DNA of 18,572 bases from Candidatus Eiseniibacteriota bacterium (GTDB lineage: Bacteria; Eisenbacteria; RBG-16-71-46; CAZAMP01), in NCBI GenBank assembly GCA_965224245.1, contig CBDCYW010000020.1, positions 1 through 18,572 of the forward strand, given 5' to 3'. Positions 1-7,983 of the stretch are shown one piece after another; the first letter of the stretch is position 1, and every line of letters starts with the position of its first letter. The position numbers were made by a program, and so were the translations under genes. The notes under the pieces were generated by a model that was given only the letters and a program-made list of their open reading frames with translations, was not told the DNA's origin and searched no databases.

Positions 1-523
1 TGGTATAGAGTCCTGCCGCCGCCATGTTGACGGAGCAGAAGCCGCCATGGGCGGCGTAGTTGGGGGTGCCGAACTGGCTGGCCCACCAGCCGGTGAGGGC
101 TTGGCTCTGATCACGACCGGTGAAAAAGGCGAGCTTTCGCGGGTCGGTCTTGCGAATGTCACCCAGCCACCGGGTTGCGGTTTCGAGAGCTTCCTCCCAG
201 GAAATCTCCTCGAATTTTCCTTCGCCCCGCTCTCCTGCCCGGCGCAGCGGCTTGGTCAGGCGCGCCGGCGAGTAGTGCTGCATGATCCCTGCGGATCCCT
301 TGGCGCAGAGAACACCGCGATTGACCGGATGATTGGGGTTGCCCTCGATGTAGCGAACCCTGTCACCCACCAGGTGAACGTTGATTGCCGCAGCGGCAGG
401 CACACATTGTAACAGGTCGTGTGGGCAATTCTTTCGGACACCGGGGGCGACTTTTCGACCGGCGTTTCGCCATGCAAAACGGCGTCCGTTCCCGGACGTT
501 GTTTCCCCCGTTTTGGTTGTCAT
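1..523 (-). CDS. soeA: Molybdopterin oxidoreductase catalytic subunit, SoeA-like (sulfite oxidation); 5' part only, runs off the window; three apparent +1 indels near the N-terminus
   Basis: Manual translation of the minus strand from ATG 523 (GGAGG at 535-539) is open to the window edge: ...INVHLVGDRVRYIEGNPNHPVNRGVLCAKGSAGIMQHYSPARLTKPLRRAGERGEGKFEEISWEEAL...KLAFFTGRDQSQALTGWWASQFGTPNYAAHGGFCSVNMAAAGLYT. The Fe-S motif TTCY-MCACRCG-INVHL is recovered by removing single extra bases at ~407 and ~385. These motifs match SoeA-type enzymes as I recall them. Confidence 0.8.
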   Translation of the reverse strand, partial: MTTKTGETTSGNGRRFAWRNAGRKVAPGVRKNCPHDLLQCVPAAAAINVHLVGDRVRYIEGNPNHPVNRGVLCAKGSAGIMQHYSPARLTKPLRRAGERGEGKFEEISWEEALETATRWLGDIRKTDPRKLAFFTGRDQSQALTGWWASQFGTPNYAAHGGFCSVNMAAAGLYT

Positions 524-541
524 CCCTGCCGGTTCCTCCCG

Positions 542-644
542 AGTCCAGATTGCGCCCCACTCATGCAGTCAAAGGAAGCGCTGGATCCTAGTTTGTCCCC
601 ATGTTAGCGTCATAGGGCCAGATGTTATCTTGCGGTGAGGCCAA
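542..644. promoter_or_regulatory. Candidate MocR/TauR operator boxes in the soeA-tauR divergent intergenic region
   Basis: Four related motifs: CTGGACT (minus, 542-548), CTGGATCCTA (plus, 581-590), CTGGCCCTAT (minus, 612-621) and TTGGCCTCAC (minus, 635-644). The last two are direct repeats 23 bp apart. They resemble the CTGGAC(T/C)TAA repeats I recall for Rhodobacter capsulatus TauR. Confidence 0.35.
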
Positions 645-656
645 AGCAAATCACCG

Positions 657-2147
657 ATGCGGGACCTTCTCTTTCCGCTGCGTCACGACGGGACCACCGG
701 GCTGCAAAAACAGCTGCGGGCCCATTTGATTCGCGCCATCGTAGACGGTCGTTTGTCTTCGCGCGAGCCTCTGCCCTCCTGCCGCAGGCTGGCGCAGATG
801 CTCGGTGTATCCCGAAACACAGTGGTTCTAACATACCAAGCCCTGACCGATGAAGGCTTTCTCATCTCGAGAGAACGCGTCGGCTTTTTTGTCAACGAAG
901 AGCAGGTGAAGGTATCCGCCAAGGTCGATTTGCCGCAAGCGCCGGCGCCTTCCAAGGAGGCCAAAAAGGAATGGGACTGGTTCGGCCGATTCAAGCTCCA
1001 TCCGGCACAGCAAAGGTTGCTCAAGCTGGTCGAGAACTGGCGCGATTACCCCTATCCGTTCGTCTACGGGCAGGCGGATCCCGAGCTCTTTCCCGTTACC
1101 AACTGGCGTATCGCCTCAACGCCAGGCACTTTCGCTCAACGCCATTCATTCCTGGGCCCAGGACCGCTTCTATGAGGATGATCCGGAACTGGTTGAGGAA
1201 ATCCGAACGTCCGTCCTGGCGCGGCGCGGCGTGCGCGCCGAACCGGAGGAAATTCTGATTACGCTGGGGGCCCAGAACGCCCTTTACCTGACCGCGCAGC
1301 TGCTGATCGACGCCAAGACCCGGGTTGGCATGGAGGATCCGGGCTATCCCGATGCCCGCAACATCTTTGCCCTTTCGGGCGCCGAAATCCTGCCCTTGCC
1401 CGTGGATTCGGCAGGCCTGGTCGTCAATCGCAAGCTCGCCGGCTGCGACCTAATCTACCTGACGCCAAGCCACCAGTCGCCGACGACAGTGACCATGCCC
1501 ATGGCGCGCCGTGTCGAGCTTCTGGACATGGCCCAGCGCAACGGTTTCTGCCTGGTCGAGGACGACTACGAAGCCGAGACCAATTTCGTCGGCTCGCCAA
1601 CTTCGGCCTTGAAATCCATGGACCGGGACCAACTGGTGATCTACATCGGATCCTTCTCCAAGTCCCTAGCGCCGGGATTGCGCATCGGCTACATGGTCGG
1701 GGCCAAGGAACTGATTGCGGAAGCCAGGCACTTGCGGCGCCTAATGTTTCGTCATCCGCCGGCTAACGTCCAGCGGACCGTCGCCATCTTCATTGCCAGC
1801 GGCTATTACGATTCGCTGGTCTATCGCCTGCAGCGCACCTATCGGGAGCGCTGGTCCGCCATGGGCGAAGCTCTGCGCAGGCACCTGCCGGAATACCTTC
1901 AGACACCGTCCTTCGGGGGCACCAGTTTCTGGATTCAGGGGCCGAAGGGACTTGACGCGGACCTCTTGGCCCGTGATCTCAAGCAAAGAGGGGTTCTGAT
2001 TGAGCCGGGTTCACTCTTTTTCCACGGCAAGAAGATCCGCAAGAACAACTTTCGCCTGGGCTTTTCGGTACTGAAAAAGGAACGAATAGAACCGGGATTG
2101 CCTTGGTCGCGGAAGCCTTGAGGGCGGCTGACAGCCACCAGCGCTAA
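657..2147 (+). CDS. tauR: MocR/GabR-family (GntR wHTH plus PLP aminotransferase-like domain) regulator, TauR-like; split by two apparent indels
   Basis: ORF 657-1175 has the GntR HTH (LPSCRRLAQMLGVSRNTVVLTYQALTDEGFL). Removing one A at 1118/1119 gives WRIASRQALSLNAIHSWAQDRFYEDDPELVEEIR, in frame with ORF 1231-2121 (ITLGAQNAL, TPSHQSPT, VEDDY, IGSFSKSLAPGLRIGY). Adding one base at ~2095 gives a normal end IEPGIALVAEALRAADSHQR*, stop at 2147. The TauR label is inferred from similarity and from adjacency to soeA. Confidence 0.75.
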
Positions 2148-2160
2148 AGGTTAGGACGCA

Positions 2161-2787
2161 TCACAGGCGCGCGGAAATCGATTCCGCCATGGTATCGGCC
2201 GAAGCGTCGTGGAAGAAGACCTCGGCCAGGTTGCCGTCAGGATCCATGAGATAGACGAAGCCGCTGTGATCCATGAGATAATCCTGGTCATCGACGGATG
2301 ATCCTTCGACCTCCGCCTTGCCGTAAAAAACCTTGTAAGCTTTCGCGACCCGGTCGATTTCCTCGGCCGTTCCGGTCAGTCCCAGAATGGCCGGGTGGAA
2401 GTTGGAGAGATAATCCCGCAGGATTTCCGCGGTATCACGCTGTGGGTCGATGGTGATGAAGAGCGGCTGCAGGGTTTCGACCTTGTTGCCGAGGATCTCG
2501 AGGCTACCGGTGATCCGTGTGAGCGTCGTCGGACAGATATCCGGGCAAAAGCTGTAGCCGAAGAAAATCAGAAGGTATTTCCCGGCGAAGTCCTTTTCCG
2601 TGACCCTGCGCCCGTTGTGGTCCGTAAGCGTAAAGGGCCCGCCCACTTCCGCCCGTGTTGTGGCGCTTTCCGGAATAGCCGGTGCGCCCATGCGCTGGGC
2701 GTTTCGATAATAGCCGTAGCCCGCCGCAAGAATTGCCGCCAGTGCGAGACCAATTAGGGCAAGACGCAGACGCTTACCTGGAGACAT
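2161..2787 (-). CDS. SCO1/SenC family copper chaperone
   Basis: N-terminal membrane anchor, GGPFTLTDHNG, FFGYSFCPDICP (CxxxC), ITIDPQRDT and YLMDHS (conserved His). Confidence 0.95.
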   Translation of the reverse strand: MSPGKRLRLALIGLALAAILAAGYGYYRNAQRMGAPAIPESATTRAEVGGPFTLTDHNGRRVTEKDFAGKYLLIFFGYSFCPDICPTTLTRITGSLEILGNKVETLQPLFITIDPQRDTAEILRDYLSNFHPAILGLTGTAEEIDRVAKAYKVFYGKAEVEGSSVDDQDYLMDHSGFVYLMDPDGNLAEVFFHDASADTMAESISARL

Positions 2788-2909
2788 GATGTGAGTGAGC
2801 TTTCCGTTCTTGACAAAGAAAAAGGAACGTGGTGCGGCGCGTTACACCTCCAGCATATGGCAGCAGATCTGCAGCGGTACAAGCCCGGAGCGTTGCCTTA
2901 CTGCCGCCA

Positions 2910-2938
2910 TGGACAAGGCCCAGGTCATAACCTATACA
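2910..2938 (+). promoter_or_regulatory. Possible sigma70 promoter for proS
   Basis: TGGACA-17 bp-TATACA about 50 bp upstream of the proS start. Confidence 0.3.
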
Positions 2939-2987
2939 GGCGAACGGCTTAAGAGCCTCGATTCACCAGATAAATAGGGCCAGGACT

Positions 2988-4307
2988 TTGCGGCTTTCAA
3001 AATACTTCATGCCGACGCTGAAGGAGACACCGGCAGAGGCACAGATCGTTTCCCACCGTCTGATGCTACGGGCCGGGATGGTGCGGCAGGCCAGCGCGGG
3101 CATCTACTCCTGGCTGCCCCTGGGCTTTCGCGTGCTCAAGAAAATCGAGCAAATCGTGCGCGAGGAACAGGACCGAGCGGGTGCCCAGGAGGTTCTGATG
3201 CCGACCATCCAGTCGGCGGATCTTTGGATTCAGTCCGGGCGCTATGACGATTACGGAAAGGAAATGCTCCGGATTCGGGACCGGCACGACCGGGAAATAC
3301 TCTACGGGCCGACCAACGAAGAATTGATCACCGATATCTTCCGGCAATCGGTCAAGAGCTACCGGCACCTGCCGCAGATGCTCTACCACATCCAGTGGAA
3401 ATTCCGGGACGAGGTACGTCCGCGTTTTGGCGTTATGCGTGGCCGCGAGTTTCTGATGAAGGACAACTATTCCTTTGACCTGGATCAGGAAGGGGCCCGG
3501 CGTTCCTACAACAAGATGTTCGTTTCCTACCTGCGTACCTTTGCGCGCATGGGTCTGAAGGCGATCCCTCTCGAAGCGGAGACGGGGCCCATCGGCGGCA
3601 ATCTCTCCCACGAGTTCATTGTCTTGGCGGATACCGGCGAAACCGAAGTCTTCTGCCACCAGGATCTGGTGGATTTCGACGTGCTCACCGAGGAGATCGA
3701 TTACGAGAGCGATCTTTCGCCCATCGTCAAGCGTTGGACCAGCATCTATGCCCGCACCGATGACAAGCACGAGCCCGAACGCTTTGAAGCCGAAGTGCCC
3801 GAAGGCAAGCAGATCCAAAAGCGCGGCATCGAAGTGGGGCATATCTTCTATTTCGGCACCAAGTATTCCGAACCCCTGGGCGCGCTGGTGGTGGACCAGG
3901 AGGGTGAGAGCCGGGCAATTCACATGGGATCATACGGGATCGGCGTCTCCAGGCTGGTGGGTGGAGTCATCGAGGCGAGCCATGACGAGCGCGGCATCAT
4001 CTGGCCGGAGCCGGTTGCGCCTTTCAAGATCGGCCTGATCAATCTTAAGGTCGCCGATGGCGCCTGCCAGGCGGCCTGTGACGATGCCTACGCCAAGCTG
4101 ACGGCCGCCGGTGTGGAGGTGCTCTACGACGACCGGGATGAACGTCCGGGCACCAAATTCGCGGACATGGACCTGGTCGGCCTTCCCTGGCAACTGATTA
4201 TCGGCCCGCGGGGCCTGGAGAAGGGCCTGGTCGAGGTGAAGCGACGTAAGGATGACGCCCGGGAGGAGTTGACCCTGGAGGCCGCCTTGAACAAGCTGCA
4301 GGCCTGA
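2988..4307 (+). CDS. proS: Proline--tRNA ligase, short alphaproteobacterial type without the INS editing domain (TTG start)
   Basis: [78 protein letters not shown] and a C-terminal anticodon-binding domain; 439 aa. Confidence 0.98.
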   Translation: MRLSKYFMPTLKETPAEAQIVSHRLMLRAGMVRQASAGIYSWLPLGFRVLKKIEQIVREEQDRAGAQEVLMPTIQSADLWIQSGRYDDYGKEMLRIRDRHDREILYGPTNEELITDIFRQSVKSYRHLPQMLYHIQWKFRDEVRPRFGVMRGREFLMKDNYSFDLDQEGARRSYNKMFVSYLRTFARMGLKAIPLEAETGPIGGNLSHEFIVLADTGETEVFCHQDLVDFDVLTEEIDYESDLSPIVKRWTSIYARTDDKHEPERFEAEVPEGKQIQKRGIEVGHIFYFGTKYSEPLGALVVDQEGESRAIHMGSYGIGVSRLVGGVIEASHDERGIIWPEPVAPFKIGLINLKVADGACQAACDDAYAKLTAAGVEVLYDDRDERPGTKFADMDLVGLPWQLIIGPRGLEKGLVEVKRRKDDAREELTLEAALNKLQA

Positions 4308-4315
4308 GCGCGGCC

Positions 4316-5554
4316 ATGTTTTTCAGCGCCTTCGAGAGGATGGTGGCCTTCCGCTACCTGCGCGCCCGGCGCCAGGAAGGTTTCATTTCCGTCATCGCGG
4401 TCTTTTCGCTTCTGGGCATTATGCTCGGTGTGGCAACGCTTATCATCGTCATGGCGGTGATGAACGGATTTCGCCACGATCTTTTGGGACGAATTCTCGG
4501 CGTCAACGGACATCTGGCGGTGCTCGCGACCAATGGCGGCATGGCGAGCTACGAGGACATTGCTGCGCGCATTGCCAAATTGGAAGGCGTCGAAGCGGCA
4601 ACTCCACAAATTCAGGGCCAGGTCATGGTCACCAACCGGCGCAATGCCTCCGGCGGGTTGGTGCGCGGCATGGCCGGCAAGGACATCAAGTCGCGCGCCC
4701 TTATTGCGGACAATCTGGAGACCGGGTCACTAGCAGACTTTCCGGACGGGCCCGACGGCGATCAGAACGTTGCAGTGATCGGTTACAAGCTGGCCGCGCA
4801 ACTAGGCTTGCGCGTCGACGACGTGGTGACACTGGTAGCCCCGGAGGCCATGACCACCGCCATCGGTCTTCCGGTGCCGCGGATGAAGTCCTATCGGGTA
4901 ATCGCGACCTTCAAGGTCGGCATGCACGAATACGACAGTTCCTTTATTTACATCCCACTAGGGGCTGCACAACTCTTCTTCAAGGTCAAAGACCGGGTTC
5001 ACCAGGTCGAGGTCTTTCTGGAGAATGCAGATCTGACCCGCCAGGCAGTCGGGGACATTTCGGCGGAACTGGGGCCGGGTTTCCGCCTGGTCGATTGGCA
5101 ACAGCGCAATGCCAGCTTTTTCGGTGCCGTCCAGGTGGAACGCAACGTTATGTTCCTGATCCTGTCGCTTATCATTCTGGTGGCGGCCTTCAACGTGCTT
5201 TCCGGCCAGTACATGCTGGTCAAGGACAAGGGCAGGGACATTGCCATCCTGCGGACCATGGGGGCGGGCCGCGGCTCTATCATGCGGGTCTTTTTCCTGA
5301 CCGGCGCCAGCATCGGTGTCGTGGGTACGATTCTCGGACTGGTTCTGGGCCTGGTCTTCACTGACAACATCGAATACGTGCGCCAGGGCCTGCAAAAGCT
5401 CACCGGCAGCGAGCTTTTTCCGGCTGAGATCTATTTTCTCTCCACCCTACCGGCACGGGTCGATCCTGTAGAAGTGGTGCAGGTCGTGGCCATGGCCCTG
5501 GTGCTTTCCTTCCTGGCGCCCCTGTTCCCCGCCTGGCGGGCAGCCCGCCTCGAC
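4316..5554 (+). CDS. lolE: Lipoprotein-releasing ABC transporter permease LolC/E; homology ends at the junction (about 413 aa). The ORF runs on to 5734 through antisense ubiD sequence
   Basis: [65 protein letters not shown] and PAWRAARLD. The usual PVEALRYE-like terminus is missing. proS-lolC/E is the typical alphaproteobacterial order. Confidence 0.93.
5546..5554. other. Chimeric junction between an alphaproteobacterial and a gammaproteobacterial segment (CGCCTCGAC)
   Basis: The same 9 bp read R-L-D of LolC/E on the plus strand and V-E-A of UbiD on the minus strand. Each protein loses homology immediately past them. Confidence 0.88.
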
Positions 5555-5797
5555 AGTCTCTTCGCCCATGCCCATCGCCACACGCTCCGGCGTACCGAAC
5601 AGGTTGGCCAGGACCGGGTAATCGTAACCTTTGGGATTTTCGAACAGCAGCGCTGGACCACCGGCTCGCAGGGTGCGGTCGGCAATTTCGGTCATCTCGA
5701 GATTGGGATCAATCTCTTGCTTGATACGTTTTAACTCACCACGTGCTTCCAGCATCTGGATAAAATCACGCAGGTCTTTGTACTTAGGTGTAGACAT
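5546..5797 (-). pseudogene. ubiD: UbiD (4-hydroxy-3-polyprenylbenzoate decarboxylase) N-terminal ~84 aa, truncated at the junction (probably an artefact rather than true decay)
   Basis: [84 protein letters not shown], followed by unrelated sequence where LREVG-like residues are expected. It lies downstream of rho, as in many gammaproteobacteria. Confidence 0.93.
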
Positions 5798-5821
5798 GCA
5801 AACAACCAATCTATCAGCAAT

Positions 5822-5852
5822 AAAAAAGGGCAAGCGAATGCTTACCCCTTTT
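5822..5852 (-). terminator. Intrinsic terminator after rho
   Basis: Minus strand GGGGTAAGC-ATTC-GCTTGCCCT stem-loop running into a T tract, 15 bp after the rho stop. Confidence 0.8.
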
Positions 5853-5866
5853 CTACGAAAACGGTG

Positions 5867-7126
5867 TTATTTCCGTTTCATCGACAGGAAGAATTCGTCG
5901 TTGGTTTTGAAGTCTTTCAGCTTGTCGAGTACGAACTCGATCGCTGCGGAGTCTTCCATCGGGTCCAGCAGTTTACGCAGAATCCACATACGCTGCAGCT
6001 CATCTTCCGTGGTCAGCAGGTCTTCGCGACGGGTACCGGAACGGCGGATGTTGATCGCCGGGTATACACGCTTCTCTGCCACTTTGCGGTCCAGGTGAAC
6101 TTCGGAGTTACCGGTACCTTTAAATTCCTCGAAGATAACCTCATCCATCTTGGAACCGGTATCAACCAGCGCCGTTGCGATGATGGTCAGGCTGCCGCCC
6201 TCTTCGATGTTACGCGCCGCACCGAAGAAACGCTTCGGACGCTCCAGTGCGTGTGCATCCACACCACCGGTCAGTACTTTACCGGAAGACGGGATCACGG
6301 TGTTGTACGCACGCGCCAGACGGGTGATGGAATCCAGCAGGATTACGACATCTTTCTTGTGCTCGGTCAGACGCTTGGCTTTTTCCAGCACCATCTCGGC
6401 TACCTGTACGTGTCGGGAAGGCGGCTCGTCGAAGGTGGACGCCACCACTTCACCACGTACGGTACGCTGCATCTCGGTCACCTCCTCCGGGCGCTCGTCG
6501 ATCAGCAGTACGATCAGGTGGGTTTCCGGGTTGTTGCGGGTGATGCTGTTGGCGATGTTCTGCAGCATCAGGGTCTTACCGGCTTTAGGTGGGGATACCA
6601 CCAGTGCACGCTGTCCCTTACCCATCGGACACACCAGGTCGATCACACGTGCGGTCAGGTCTTCGGTACTACCGTTACCCATTTCAAGACGCAGTCGGTC
6701 CTGCGCAAACAGCGGCGTCAGGTTTTCGAACAGGATCTTGTTCTTGGCGTTTTCCGGCTTGTCGTAGTTAATCTCGTTAACTTTCAGCAGGGCAAAGTAA
6801 CGCTCGCCCTCTTTTGGCGGACGAATCTTACCGGCAATGGTATCGCCAGTACGCAGGTTAAAGCGGCGGATCTGACTTGGAGATACATAGATGTCGTCAG
6901 GGCCGGCCAGGTAGGAGGAGTCTGCGGAACGCAAAAAGCCGAATCCGTCCTGCAGGATTTCCAGTACACCATCGCCGTAGATGTCTTCACCACCTTTGGC
7001 GTGACGTTTCAGGATCGCAAAGATAACGTCCTGTTTGCGTGAGCGGGCAAGATTGTCCATGCCCATGCCTTTAGCGATGTCCAGCAGTTCGGGAACGCTT
7101 TTCGTTTTCAGTTCAGTAAGATTCAT
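5867..7126 (-). CDS. rho: Transcription termination factor Rho
   Basis: [28 protein letters not shown], Walker [19 protein letters not shown] and FKGTGNSE; 419 aa. Confidence 0.99.
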   Translation of the reverse strand: MNLTELKTKSVPELLDIAKGMGMDNLARSRKQDVIFAILKRHAKGGEDIYGDGVLEILQDGFGFLRSADSSYLAGPDDIYVSPSQIRRFNLRTGDTIAGKIRPPKEGERYFALLKVNEINYDKPENAKNKILFENLTPLFAQDRLRLEMGNGSTEDLTARVIDLVCPMGKGQRALVVSPPKAGKTLMLQNIANSITRNNPETHLIVLLIDERPEEVTEMQRTVRGEVVASTFDEPPSRHVQVAEMVLEKAKRLTEHKKDVVILLDSITRLARAYNTVIPSSGKVLTGGVDAHALERPKRFFGAARNIEEGGSLTIIATALVDTGSKMDEVIFEEFKGTGNSEVHLDRKVAEKRVYPAINIRRSGTRREDLLTTEDELQRMWILRKLLDPMEDSAAIEFVLDKLKDFKTNDEFFLSMKRK

Positions 7127-7364
7127 AAGCTATGAGAGCGCGGCAAAAGCCTGCGTCGAAATGAATGGATAAGTTTTGGGAAGAAAATTGGAATTCTTTG
7201 ACAGGAGCACCGCTAATAGAGAAACGGGCTGTCGATAGAGGTCACTATAAAAGGTTGTTTCTACGCTGTCTATAGCATAGAGATGAAAATGTGGTGTACA
7301 AGCCTTAATCAGGCCCGTGGGCGCTTAAACCGTTGAGGCGGCCGTACGGCCACCACATTTTCGT
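7127..7364 (-). promoter_or_regulatory. rho leader / trxA-rho intergenic region with a multibranch stem-loop and a C-rich, G-poor tract (candidate autoregulatory element)
   Basis: Perfect 12-bp inverted repeat GAAAATGTGGTG (7285-7296) / CACCACATTTTC (7351-7362) enclosing smaller hairpins. The minus strand between it and the rho ATG is pyrimidine-rich, like a rut site. Confidence 0.5.
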
Positions 7365-7372
7365 ACCCGGAA

Positions 7373-7699
7373 TTACAGGTTTGCTTCGATGAAAGCAGCC
7401 AGCTGGGACTTGGACAGTGCGCCAACTTTAGTCGCTTCAACGTTGCCACCTTTGAACAGCATCAGGGTAGGGATACCGCGGATACCGAATTTAGGTGGAG
7501 TTTCGTTGTTCTCATCGATGTTCAGCTTGCAAACTTTCAGCTTGCCTTCGTATTCCTTGGCGATCTCTTCGAGCACAGGCGCAATCATTTTGCATGGACC
7601 GCACCACTCTGCCCAGTAATCTACCAGTACAGCGCCCTCTGCTTTCAGGACGTCCTCTTCAAAAGAGGCATCGGTAACGTTTACGATGTTCTCGCTCAT
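7373..7699 (-). CDS. trxA: Thioredoxin 1
   Basis: [13 protein letters not shown]...[13 protein letters not shown]...GIRGIPTL; 108 aa from ATG 7699, which has a GGAG RBS. The longer ORF start at 7798 is unlikely. Confidence 0.98.
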   Translation of the reverse strand: MSENIVNVTDASFEEDVLKAEGAVLVDYWAEWCGPCKMIAPVLEEIAKEYEGKLKVCKLNIDENNETPPKFGIRGIPTLMLFKGGNVEATKVGALSKSQLAAFIEANL

Positions 7700-7983
7700 G
7701 GGATACTTTCTCCAATGTACCTGGTGCATAAATTGTAAGACGCCCGATGATAACACCGTCGGTAGCCATTTGGTAACCAACTTACACCATCGTTGCATCC
7801 AATTAACGACAGCCGGAGAGCCCGAAACCAGACCAATTTCTTATATCGGTATAACCCGATCCGGTCTGGGATCTATGTTCTGTAATGACTCTTCTGGTAA
7901 CCTTAAGAGTAACGTGTATATACAGTTGCACCACAACGTGTAGCTTTTTGTGTAGCTCTTTTGATCTTGAGGCTTTTTATCGT

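Noticed and set aside
47..412. 121-aa plus-strand ORF
   Set aside because: Codon-aligned antisense shadow of the SoeA-like gene on the minus strand.
1118..1119. Programmed frameshifting in the regulator or soeA
   Set aside because: No slippery heptamer or stimulatory structure; several scattered single-base indels are better explained by sequence error.
3066..3923. 285-aa ORF antisense to proS, and similar ones opposite hslO and the kinase
   Set aside because: Shadow ORFs of well-supported genes.
1..5554. Left arm as a horizontally acquired genomic island
   Set aside because: It carries core genes (proS, lolC/E), has no mobility genes or att/target repeats, and the break truncates core genes on both sides.
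5555..5734. Novel 60-aa C-terminal extension of LolC/E, and the reciprocal tail on the 128-aa UbiD ORF
   Set aside because: Read-through into the antisense strand of the other gene across the junction; not a real domain.
5864..7042. 392-aa ORF antisense to rho
   Set aside because: In-register shadow ORF expected from the codon bias of a highly expressed gene; no recognisable motifs.
7910..7925. LexA-like GTGTATATACAG upstream of ppx
   Set aside because: Lacks the CTG-N10-CAG geometry; only a half-site resemblance.
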